The translations under genes were made by a program, and so were the position numbers. DNA of 63,700 nt, counting the filler, from Acetivibrio sp. (GTDB taxonomy: Bacteria; Bacillota; Clostridia; Acetivibrionales; Acetivibrionaceae), in the NCBI RefSeq assembly GCF_035371925.1. It is 3 parts of 3 records of this genome, joined end to end, with 100 filler letters (N's around TTAATTAATTAA, not from the genome) between each part and the next. Parts side by side here need not be neighbours in the genome. Positions count along the whole stretch, not along the records: positions 1 to 24,529 come from NZ_DAORXT010000038.1; positions 24,630 to 49,020 come from NZ_DAORXT010000039.1; 1 more part is not named here. One strand, given 5' to 3'. The notes below the pieces were generated by a model. The model ran no database searches. It saw only the letters and a list, made by a program, of their open reading frames with translations, and was not told the origin of the DNA. Each line of letters starts with the position of its first letter. Position 1 is the stretch's first letter. This document shows positions 19,871-29,016 of this stretch, in pieces.

Positions 19871-21460
19871 ATGAATCAACAAACCTTATACAAAGATGAC
19901 TTTGTAGAAATCTTCGCACTAGCCAATGAAGTATTCATCAAAACATTTAAACCCGGCCTTCCGCCAAACCAGTTCAACGCCATATTGTTATCACTTCCCC
20001 AGGTACAAATAACAAACTTCAGTTGCCTTAACGATGCCCTAAAGATTGCTTCCCAGTCCCCCCTAAAATTTGGCCAACTCAAGGAAAGGATTGCCATATC
20101 CATATCCCAGGACGGATTGCAAGCCTTCATCACCTACAATTTATCCAAAGAGGAATTGGCACTTCAAAATCGTGAAAAACTCATAATAGAAACCTATGAA
20201 GTTTTAAAGAAAAAAAACATAATATTTGGAATAAAAAAAGAATTGTTCTTTGGTGATTTGGAAAGCGGAAAAAAATATCTTATAGCCGAAGGGGTACCCG
20301 CCGTTGACGGGGAAGACTGCAAAATCAGGATGTACGAGCTTGAAGAGCCAAGACCTGAGATAAAGGAAGACGGCACGGCAAATTACTATGAATTAAAGCT
20401 GATTAACAAGGTCAAGGCCGGTGACTGGCTTGGCGAACGCATTGATGCCACCGAAGGTTTCCCGGGAAAAACAGTATACGGCACCACCATCTTTCCCGTA
20501 AGAGGAAAAAATTATCCTTTGGCTTACGATAAAAACACTGTCTATGAAGTAGTACAAAACAAGAAGGTCGTACTCTACTCCAAAATAGCCGGTGCCGTAC
20601 ACTATTTCGGCGACAAAATCACCGTGTCAAATCATCTCGAAATCGACGGTGATGTGGACTTCAAAACCGGCAACATAATTTTTGACGGATACGTAACCAT
20701 CAAAGGCACCGTCACAGACGGATTCTATGTGGAAGCCACAAAAGACATAGAAATAAACAGTCCCTTGGGTCTTGGAAATGTCAAGGGAATTAAAAGCCGT
20801 GAAGGCAGTATTTACATAAAAGGCGGAATATCATCAAAAGGTTCTGCCCAAATTATTGCCAAGAAAAACATTTATACAAAGTTTGTGGATAATGCCAAAT
20901 TATCCTGCGGCGGTGTCGCCCACATAGGCTTTTATTGTATAAACAGCATGGTGGAAGCCAAAGAAGTGTTTATTGACTCAATAAAGGGAAATATAATGGG
21001 AGGTCAAATAAAAGCGGAAGTAAAAATTACCGTACCTATTTTAGGCTCACCCCTTGAACCGAGAACCGTATTGATTCTTACGGGCTTTGACAGGAAAAAA
21101 CTCACAAAAATGCTGGAAGATACGGTTGAGAAAATAAACAAATTAAAAGATGAGCAAAAAGACTTAAAGCTATATATGTCAAAGATAGACCCTTCAAAAG
21201 AAATGACTTCCCAGCAGGCAGCCCAATACAACTCAAAAATACAAAGGCTTTCAGAGCTTAAAGGCCAACTAAAGTCTTTGGAGGAAGAAAAAAAGAATAT
21301 TGCAAGGTATCTAAAAACAAAAGGCGAAGGTGAAGTAGCCATAACAAAAAAGGTTTATTCAAACTGTGCAGTAATTATAAAAAATATGCAGATTGAAATT
21401 AGGGAAACTTCTCTGGCAACAACCTTTTTTGCATCAGATGGCGAAATTAAACGCATATAA
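19871..21460 (+). CDS. FapA/DUF342 family protein
   Basis: IAEGVPAVDGED, DGDVDFKTGNIIFDG motifs and a coiled-coil C-terminus. Confidence 0.9.
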   Translation: MNQQTLYKDDFVEIFALANEVFIKTFKPGLPPNQFNAILLSLPQVQITNFSCLNDALKIASQSPLKFGQLKERIAISISQDGLQAFITYNLSKEELALQNREKLIIETYEVLKKKNIIFGIKKELFFGDLESGKKYLIAEGVPAVDGEDCKIRMYELEEPRPEIKEDGTANYYELKLINKVKAGDWLGERIDATEGFPGKTVYGTTIFPVRGKNYPLAYDKNTVYEVVQNKKVVLYSKIAGAVHYFGDKITVSNHLEIDGDVDFKTGNIIFDGYVTIKGTVTDGFYVEATKDIEINSPLGLGNVKGIKSREGSIYIKGGISSKGSAQIIAKKNIYTKFVDNAKLSCGGVAHIGFYCINSMVEAKEVFIDSIKGNIMGGQIKAEVKITVPILGSPLEPRTVLILTGFDRKKLTKMLEDTVEKINKLKDEQKDLKLYMSKIDPSKEMTSQQAAQYNSKIQRLSELKGQLKSLEEEKKNIARYLKTKGEGEVAITKKVYSNCAVIIKNMQIEIRETSLATTFFASDGEIKRI

Positions 21461-21769
21461 ACCATCTTCGATTTATAAAAGCATTAATATTAAAATATAT
21501 GAAACATAATAAAGCATCAGAAGACAAATATCTTCCGGTGCTTTATTTATATTTCTGGCGCATATGTATAAATATAGATGCACTTCTATTTATTATAATC
21601 AAAAAAGTAAGAAAATTGGCATTACATAAAGTTTAAAGTACAACAAACATGAAATATTAAATAATATATTGATATTCAACACTTTAATTTGAAAAAATTA
21701 AGTTATATAATAAAGTTTAGCGAAAAAAATGAACCAGAAAATAACTATTTTAATTATATAGGAGGCAGT

Positions 21770-23014
21770 ATGGTTAAGAATATTCTTATATTATCTTCAA
21801 ATAATACGGGGCATGGTCATAAAAGCATAACCGAATCCTTAATGGAACAGTTTGCTAATTACCCCGATGTTACTGTTCATGTAGTTGACGGTTTTACCCT
21901 GGCGGGTAATTTTGGTCTTAGAATCGGAAAACTCTACGGTTCCGTGACAAGAAATGCAAAAGAAGTATGGAAGCTGATATGGGAATTATCTTTGAAAAAG
22001 CCCAGTCTTTTAAACGATTTTACCGAAGCTGCCATTAAAAACAACTTTTTGAAGCTGGTTTACAATATCAAACCGGACCTTATACTGTCCGTGCACCCAA
22101 ACTTTAACGGTTCGGTATTAAACATCCTCGAGGACTATAATCTTAATATCCCCTTTGTCACACTGCTAGCGGACATCGTAAGCATTACCCCCCTCTGGGC
22201 AGACCCCAGAGCGGATTATATTATATGTCCTTCAAAGGAATCAAAGTTTAAATGCCTTGAGTTTGGGGTTTCAGAATCAAAGCTTTTCCAGACAGGATTT
22301 CCGGTAAGACAAAAGTTTTTGAAGCATCTTAATGAAAATACCGAAAATAATGTCAAGAATATTAAAAAATATACAAGCGACAGGCCGCTTGAATGCCTCA
22401 TAATGAGCGGCGGTGAAGGTTCCGGAAACATGAGCAGGGTTGCATCGATACTGCTTAAGAATTTTAACTGCCGGGTTAAAATAGTCACAGGCCGCAACAA
22501 ACTGCTGAAAAGAAGACTGGAACGCACTATCGGCGAGCGTTTTGGTGATAGAGTTGAAATATACGGTTTTATCGAGAATATTCAAGATCTTATGCTTTCT
22601 TCCGATATTGCCATAACCAGAGGCAGCCCGAATGTTATGATGGAAGCCGTAGCTTGTAATGTTCCTCTTATTATTACAGGTAATCTCCCGGGCCAGGAAG
22701 AAGGCAATCCTGCCTATATGCAAAAGTACAACCTTGGAATTGTATGTAAAGACCTTAAAAAATTGAGGCATACTATGAGTGAGCTTCTTGACAACAACGG
22801 TGAAAAGCTGAACAAAATAAAGCAATCTCAAAAAGAATATTTAAATCCCAATGTTGCAAAGGATATAGTAAGCTTCCTTTTAAGTATAGAAAAAAGAGAA
22901 GATGTAAACTTCTCTGATGATCTATTTTCCGGCGATATCCCGAAATTTTGGGAGCTGCACAAAAAGATATCGCTGTCCCATGATAAAAAAATAGTTCTTA
23001 AAAAGCATAAATAA
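21770..23014 (+). CDS. GT28 glycosyltransferase (diacylglycerol glucosyltransferase/MGDG synthase-like)
   Basis: TGHGHKS, TGFPVR, MSGGEGSG and PGQEEGN motifs; ATG 21770 after GGAGG. Confidence 0.88.
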   Translation: MVKNILILSSNNTGHGHKSITESLMEQFANYPDVTVHVVDGFTLAGNFGLRIGKLYGSVTRNAKEVWKLIWELSLKKPSLLNDFTEAAIKNNFLKLVYNIKPDLILSVHPNFNGSVLNILEDYNLNIPFVTLLADIVSITPLWADPRADYIICPSKESKFKCLEFGVSESKLFQTGFPVRQKFLKHLNENTENNVKNIKKYTSDRPLECLIMSGGEGSGNMSRVASILLKNFNCRVKIVTGRNKLLKRRLERTIGERFGDRVEIYGFIENIQDLMLSSDIAITRGSPNVMMEAVACNVPLIITGNLPGQEEGNPAYMQKYNLGIVCKDLKKLRHTMSELLDNNGEKLNKIKQSQKEYLNPNVAKDIVSFLLSIEKREDVNFSDDLFSGDIPKFWELHKKISLSHDKKIVLKKHK

Positions 23015-23126
23015 ATTAAAATGAATTAAAAATAGAGTTGACGTAAAATTAATAAAATGTTAGTAAAACTTTCTACTCATAATAGTCTTATTTTTAGAAA
23101 AAATAAGACTAAGGAGGTGATAGTAA

Positions 23127-23336
23127 ATGGCTAAGAACAGCAACAGCAAAACTCAGTTTGAAAACATGAAGTATGAAATAGCCAAGGAAGTTGGAGTAAA
23201 CTTAAAGCAGGGTTACAATGGAGACTTAACTGCTAGGGAAGCAGGTAAAATAGGTGGAAACATTGTTAAGAAAGTATTCCAGTCCTATACCGGAAACAGC
23301 TATCCTACAGAACGTTTAGGCGACACTTCAAGGTAA
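23127..23336 (+). CDS. Alpha/beta-type small acid-soluble spore protein
   Basis: KYEIAKEVGV..GDLTAREAGKIGGNIVK; AAGGAGGTGA RBS. Confidence 0.93.
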   Translation: MAKNSNSKTQFENMKYEIAKEVGVNLKQGYNGDLTAREAGKIGGNIVKKVFQSYTGNSYPTERLGDTSR

Positions 23337-23345
23337 TAAATTTGA

Positions 23346-23390
23346 AATAATAAAAATAGCAGGAGTTTATCTCCTGCTATTTTTATTATT
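23346..23390. terminator. Perfect inverted-repeat terminator
   Basis: AATAATAAAAATAGCAGGAG...CTCCTGCTATTTTTATTATT. Confidence 0.8.
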
Positions 23391-23490
23391 TGCTGTTCTC
23401 ATAAATCAATTTTTATGGAAAAATTAAATAATTGTGATATAATAATCAAATAGTAATTTTTTGCTTTCAGGAACGGTGATTTAAAGTAAT

Positions 23491-24529
23491 ATGATAAAGT
23501 TTCAATTTGGGTCAAAAAGAATTAAAATATTTGAGCTTGATTCTCCAAAAATAATTGTCTTTAGTTTCATAGCCATAATTTTAATCGGGACAATGCTCCT
23601 TGTACTTCCCATAGCTTCGAGGGATGGAAATAGTGTTGGGTTGTTTACTGCCCTTTTTACAGCCACTTCTGCTACCTGCGTGACAGGTATGCTGGTTGTG
23701 GACACCTATCGGCAGTGGTCACTTTTCGGGCAGATTGTCATCCTCTTGCTTGTTCAGGTGGGTGCTCTTGGGTTTGTAACCTTTGCCACATTTTTTTCCG
23801 TGCTTATAAAACGAAAAGTGAGTTTAAAGGAAATGGTACTGGCACAAGAATCTCTAAATCATTTTAGCTTTGAAGATGTTTTAAAGCTGGTTAAAAGCGT
23901 AATTGTGTTCACCTTTTCAGTAGAGCTTTTGGGGGCGCTGATATTGTCCACAAGATTCATTCCCATGTTCGGATTGAAGGGAATTTACATGTCAGTATTT
24001 CATTCCGTCAGTGCCTTCTGTAATGCCGGTTTTGATATTATGGGTCAAAGAGAAGTTTTTAGCAGTCTTACCACTTTAAATCAGGACCCTGTTATTCTCT
24101 ATACTTTATCTGCTCTTATTATATTCGGCGGATTGGGCTTCGTTGTATGGAAAGACCTGATTGACTATAGAAAGAACAAGCTGCTTCTTCTTCACACAAA
24201 AGTCGTTCTGTTTGCAACCGCGATATTATTACTATCCGGTGCTTTGCTGTTCTTCGCATTTGAATTTAACAATCCTGCAACTTTAGGGTCATTATCTTTG
24301 CCTTCAAAAATCATTGCTGCATTTTTTCAATCTGCCACCTCAAGGTCTGCAGGGTTTAACAGCATACCTCTCAATCAAATGAGAGAAACCTCCAAATTGA
24401 TAACCATTATTCTAATGTTCATAGGTGCTGCTCCTGGCTCCACAGGAGGCGGTGTAAAAATTACCACTTTTGCAGTAATGATAGCAACTATCATTTCCCA
24501 ATCAAAGGGTTCTGCCGATACTATAATAT
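23491..24529 (+). CDS. TrkH/KtrB potassium uptake membrane subunit, truncated by the assembly gap
   Basis: SATCVTG, SAFCNAGF, TSRSAGF and GSTGGGVK pore motifs. Confidence 0.9.
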
Positions 24530-24629
24530 NNNNNNNNNNNNNNNNNNNNNNNNNNNNNNNNNNNNNNNNNNNNTTAATTAATTAANNNNNNNNNNNNNNN
24601 NNNNNNNNNNNNNNNNNNNNNNNNNNNNN
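24530..24629. other. Artificial scaffold linker
   Basis: N-run containing TTAATTAATTAA (stops in all six frames). Confidence 0.95.
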
Positions 24630-24683
24630 AATGATTTAAGGTAACATTCTGTAAACTTCAAAAATTCAAAATTTCTTGCTAAG

Positions 24684-25103
24684 ATGGATTGTAAAAATTC
24701 CGATACACAAAATTATTTACATTACCGATTCCTTTTTATATTAGTATTTCTTTACACTTTTGTATGCGGCAGCTTAGCGTTATATGAACTATATTTTACT
24801 TATCCCAATTTGGGATATGACTTGATGTTTGTTGTCTTAGTTACCCAATTTGAGTTTCAGGTTCTTCTCGCATTGTTATTATTTTTGTCTCTAGATAGAC
24901 AAGTTAATAGGCTAATAGCTATAACACCATTATTAATAGTGCTTTTTACAGTTGGAATAGTAATGTTTAAATTATATGATTATTTGCCTATTATTTTTAG
25001 ATTTCGGGCTTTGGTTGCAACTTACTTCATTAATTATTTTAATCCCGTTTTGCTGTACATACTTAGCTATACTGCAAAGGGAAAACTTGTTTATAAAAGA
25101 TAA
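24684..25103 (+). CDS. Hypothetical membrane protein
   Basis: 139 aa with about four hydrophobic segments; no family recognised. Confidence 0.45.
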   Translation: MDCKNSDTQNYLHYRFLFILVFLYTFVCGSLALYELYFTYPNLGYDLMFVVLVTQFEFQVLLALLLFLSLDRQVNRLIAITPLLIVLFTVGIVMFKLYDYLPIIFRFRALVATYFINYFNPVLLYILSYTAKGKLVYKR

Positions 25104-25358
25104 TCATCAAACAACTGATTTCATTATTTCAAATGCCATGGAAGCTAGAAACATCCGGCAGCCGATAAAACGGTAAGCCGGGTTTTCTTTTGCTTCAACA
25201 TACTTTTTGAAGAAGTGTGCAAACGGCCATATTGCAAAGTTTGATGGAATTATAGTTTGCCAATATGTACCAATGTGAAATTTTAACTTTCAATATTGGC
25301 CGTTTTATGATAAAATGTTGCCGTCATGTTTAATTCAATTTATTAAAGGTGGTGTAAC

Positions 25359-26207
25359 ATGAGTAATGAAGGAAGGTGTAAAACTAGAAGGGTTAAAGCC
25401 GCATTAGCCGTATTTATTGTACTTTTTGTAATTTTTATTGGGTGCTTTGAGGCAAGCGCGATTACAAAAGAGATCTACATATCTGTAAAGGTAAACGGCA
25501 ACTATATTAAAATGGATAACTGGCCTTATATTAAAGACGGCAGGACATTTGTATCGGTACGTTTTGTCGCTGAAGCTCTTGGAGCAAAAGTAGAATGGGA
25601 CGAAGAAGATAAAAAAGTCGTAATAAAAGATGACTATAATTATATTGAGTTAATTATCGGAAGCAAAGAATGTCATATCAATGCAGTTAAGCAAGAAATG
25701 GATACCTCTCCTGAAATATCAAACGGACGCACAATGGTGCCATTAAGGTTTGTATCGGAAATTCTCGGCTGTTCAGTGGATTGGAATCAGACAACATATA
25801 CAGTTTCAATAACAAAAGACGGAATTAAAGTACCTGAAGAATGTATATACAACAGAAATTATACTGACGAGGATTTAATGTGGCTTGCCAGAATAGTAAC
25901 TGTTGAAGCAGGGGGAATGTCTCTTGAGGGAAAAGTTGCGGTTGCAAATGTTGTGTTAAATAGAGTAAAAAGCCCGTCGTTTCCCAATACTGTGTATGAT
26001 GTTATATTCCAGAAAGGACAATTTCCTCCGGCGTACAAAAGCGGCTTTAAAGAATTGGTACCCCCGGATGAGTGCATTGTTGCTGCGAAGATGGCTTTAG
26101 AGGGTGTCAACAACATTGGAAACTGTCTGTATTTTAACAACAGGCCGTTTACATCAAGAGGAGGATCTTTATATAAAAAGATAGAAGGCGAGTACTTCTA
26201 CTATTAA
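25359..26207 (+). CDS. SleB-like cell wall hydrolase (Hydrolase_2) with a copper amine oxidase-like N-terminal domain
   Basis: GRTFVSVRFVAEALG domain; LARIVTVEAG..VANVVLNRVKSPSFPNTV catalytic region. Confidence 0.9.
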   Translation: MSNEGRCKTRRVKAALAVFIVLFVIFIGCFEASAITKEIYISVKVNGNYIKMDNWPYIKDGRTFVSVRFVAEALGAKVEWDEEDKKVVIKDDYNYIELIIGSKECHINAVKQEMDTSPEISNGRTMVPLRFVSEILGCSVDWNQTTYTVSITKDGIKVPEECIYNRNYTDEDLMWLARIVTVEAGGMSLEGKVAVANVVLNRVKSPSFPNTVYDVIFQKGQFPPAYKSGFKELVPPDECIVAAKMALEGVNNIGNCLYFNNRPFTSRGGSLYKKIEGEYFYY

Positions 26208-26279
26208 AAATAAAAACAGATATAAGCATAAGAAACAGGTACTTATTAAAAGAGTACCTGTTTTTTAGCTTTTGATAAA

Positions 26280-28421
26280 TTATACATTTTTGATTCTCAT
26301 TACTCTCATGGCATTGAGTACTGCCAACAATGCAACTCCAACATCGGCAAATACCGCTTCCCACATGGTGGCTATACCTCCGGCACCAAGCAATAAGACC
26401 AGAACTTTTACGGACAAGGCAAAAATAATGTTCTGCCAAACAATGGCTTTGGTCCTTTTTGCAATTTTAATGGCACTGACCAGCTTTGAGGGTTCATCAG
26501 TCATCAATACCACATCTGCAGCTTCAATCGCAGCATCTGAGCCCAAACCTCCCATTGCGACACCGATATCGGACCGTGCCAGAACCGGTGCGTCATTCAG
26601 GCCGTCTCCAACAAACACCAGCTTGCCGCCCCGGGATTTACTACCATCTAAAAGCTCAACTACTTCTACCTTTTGGTGGGGCAAAAGCTCTGCATGAAAT
26701 TCATCAATTCCCACTTCGTTTGCTACTTTGCGAGCAATGCCGTTATTGTCTCCGGTGAGCATTACCAGCTTTCTTACCCCGATTTCTTTCAATTCTTTTA
26801 AAGCTTTCTTTGAATCCGTTTTTATTTCATCCGAAATTACGATATATCCGGCATAGCTTCTGTCAACGGCTACATGAACCACAGTTCCTGAAACGTCAAT
26901 AGCGGCAATGGGGATGGCTGCTTTTGTCATCAGCTTGTTATTTCCTGCCAATATCTCTTTGCCATGGGAAACGGCTTTTATTCCATGACCGGCAATTTCT
27001 TCGTAGCTTTCCACTTTGCTTTTGTCAATAGCTTCGCCGAAAGCCTTTGTTATTGACAAAGCAATGGGATGATTCGAAAAGCTTTCCGCATAGGCTGCAT
27101 ACTTTAGCAATTCCTCTTTGGTAAAGCCTGACGCAGGGTTGACCTCAGTTACATTAAAGACACCCTTTGTAAGAGTACCGGTCTTGTCAAACACTACGGT
27201 ATCAACGCTGTTTAATGCTTCAAGATAATTGCTGCCTTTAATGAGAATACCGTTTTTTGAGGCTCCTCCAATTCCGCCGAAGAACCCGAGGGGTATGGAA
27301 ATTACCAGTGCACAGGGACATGAGATTACGAGAAATATAAGCGCTCTATAAACCCAATCGATAAAATCGGCACTGGGAACAACCAACGGAGGAATTACTG
27401 CCAAGGCTGCCGAGATAAAAACTACAGCCGGAGTATAATACCTTGCAAACTTTGTGATGAAGTTTTCGGTTGGAGCTTTTCTGCTGCCGGCGTTTTGTAC
27501 CATGTCCAGTATTTTTGATACTGTGGATTCCCCAAATAATTTTGTAACTTCGATGCTAATAAGGTTGGTTTGATTAACCGAACCGGAAAGGACAGCTTCA
27601 CCGGGATATACTTCGCGCGGAACCGATTCTCCGGTAAGGGCCGAGGTGTCCAGCATTGTTCTGCCTTCCACAACATTACCGTCCAAAGGTATTCTTTCTC
27701 CGGGCTTTACAACTATTATATCTCCGACTTTGACGTCCTCTACGGATACCTTTTCTATGTTGTCACCTTTTTTAAGATTTGCATAGTCGGGACGGATATC
27801 CATAAGCGCAGCGATGGATTTTCTTGAGCGGTTTACCGCCATGTCCTGCAAGGTTTCACCTATTTGGTAAAAGAGCATTACAGCCACACCCTCGGGGAAC
27901 TCCCCAATTAAAAATGCTCCGACTGTGGCTATGCACATCAGGAAGTTCTCATCGAATATCCTGCCTTTTGATATATTGCGGAGGGCTTTTAGCAATATTT
28001 CTCCTCCAATAATCAGATAGCTTGCAAAAAACAACCCGAATTCAACCCAGTAGCTTAAATCCAAGACTAATGCAGCGGCAAATAAAAGTATTCCAAGGCC
28101 AAGCTTTATTAATTCTTTTTTATCAAAATCACTATCGTCATCCTTTTCCTTGTTTTTTTCCTGCTCATCGATGACCTCAATATCCTTTTCTATACTTTTG
28201 GCAATCAAAGATGCTTGTTCTACGATACTTGCCGATTGGAGCATATCATCCAGCTCTAAAGTCATTTTCTTTGACACAAAATTGACTGACGCATCTTTGA
28301 CCCCTTCAATTTCTTTCACCTTCGTTTCTATTTTTTGCGCACAGTGGGCACAATTCAGACCTTCAAGTATTAACTCTTTCCTTCCTGCTTGTTTCATTCT
28401 ATCCCTGCTTTCTTGATACAT
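26280..28421 (-). CDS. Heavy-metal P1B-type ATPase (Cd/Zn/Pb, CadA/ZntA-like)
   Basis: CAHC metal-binding domain, TGES, CPC, DKTGT and GDGLNDAP motifs. Confidence 0.95.
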   Translation of the reverse strand: MYQESRDRMKQAGRKELILEGLNCAHCAQKIETKVKEIEGVKDASVNFVSKKMTLELDDMLQSASIVEQASLIAKSIEKDIEVIDEQEKNKEKDDDSDFDKKELIKLGLGILLFAAALVLDLSYWVEFGLFFASYLIIGGEILLKALRNISKGRIFDENFLMCIATVGAFLIGEFPEGVAVMLFYQIGETLQDMAVNRSRKSIAALMDIRPDYANLKKGDNIEKVSVEDVKVGDIIVVKPGERIPLDGNVVEGRTMLDTSALTGESVPREVYPGEAVLSGSVNQTNLISIEVTKLFGESTVSKILDMVQNAGSRKAPTENFITKFARYYTPAVVFISAALAVIPPLVVPSADFIDWVYRALIFLVISCPCALVISIPLGFFGGIGGASKNGILIKGSNYLEALNSVDTVVFDKTGTLTKGVFNVTEVNPASGFTKEELLKYAAYAESFSNHPIALSITKAFGEAIDKSKVESYEEIAGHGIKAVSHGKEILAGNNKLMTKAAIPIAAIDVSGTVVHVAVDRSYAGYIVISDEIKTDSKKALKELKEIGVRKLVMLTGDNNGIARKVANEVGIDEFHAELLPHQKVEVVELLDGSKSRGGKLVFVGDGLNDAPVLARSDIGVAMGGLGSDAAIEAADVVLMTDEPSKLVSAIKIAKRTKAIVWQNIIFALSVKVLVLLLGAGGIATMWEAVFADVGVALLAVLNAMRVMRIKNV

Positions 28422-28780
28422 TATTCCGTTATATGCATATATCCCTGGTCGAATATTTGCTTTATATGGTCATCGTCCAGTGAGTAGTACACTACTTTGC
28501 CCTCTTTTCTATACTTCACAAGCCTTGCCTGCTTCAGAACCCTGAGTTGATGGGAAACTGCCGACTGGGTCATATTTATAAGTGTGGCAATATCGCATAC
28601 ACACATTTCGGAGGCAAACAATGCGTATAGAATTTTTATCCTGGTGGTATCGCCAAAAACCTTGAAAAGCTCTGCCAAGTCGTAAAGATGCTCTTCTTTG
28701 GGCATATTCTTTTTAACTTTGCTTACTATGTCTTCGTGTATTACATTGCATTCGCAAGAGTCACGTTTTTCTTCCAACAT
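28421..28780 (-). CDS. ArsR/SmtB (CadC-like) metalloregulator
   Basis: CECNVIH N-terminus, LFKVFGDTTRIKIL, MCVCDIA, QSAVSHQL; ATG 28780 after GGGAGG. Confidence 0.93.
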   Translation of the reverse strand: MLEEKRDSCECNVIHEDIVSKVKKNMPKEEHLYDLAELFKVFGDTTRIKILYALFASEMCVCDIATLINMTQSAVSHQLRVLKQARLVKYRKEGKVVYYSLDDDHIKQIFDQGYMHITE

Positions 28781-28813
28781 CAATTCCTCCCAAGTATAAT
28801 TGATGAATTGAAC

Positions 28814-28873
28814 ATATGAATATGTATTCATATATCTTAGTTATATTATATGCCGGCCGAATAATGATGTCAA
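28814..28873 (-). promoter_or_regulatory. sigA promoter with an SmtB/CadC-type operator
   Basis: TTGACA (28868-28873)-N17-TATAAT (28845-28850); palindrome ATATGAAT-N4-ATTCATAT at 28814-28833. Confidence 0.8.
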
Positions 28874-28940
28874 TATTTTATGTAGCAAAAAGTACCGGCA
28901 AAATAACTAAAAAAATAGTTATGAAAAAAGAAAAATTCTA

Positions 28941-28965
28941 CCCTTAAAAAAATAAAAATTACGTA
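28941..28965 (+). promoter_or_regulatory. sigI3-type promoter of the pectin lyase gene
   Basis: CCCTTAAA-N13-CGTA matches the A. thermocellus SigI3 consensus CCCYYAAA/CGWA. Confidence 0.75.
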
Positions 28966-29016
28966 ATTAATAAAAGAGGGACAAATAAAGGCAATTTTTA
29001 TAAGGGAGGATGAAAG

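Noticed and set aside
24530..24629. TTAATTAATTAA palindrome inside the Ns (also at 49065-49076) and ORFs ending in X..LIN
   Set aside because: Artificial contig linker; adjacency and fusion ORFs across it are not biological evidence.
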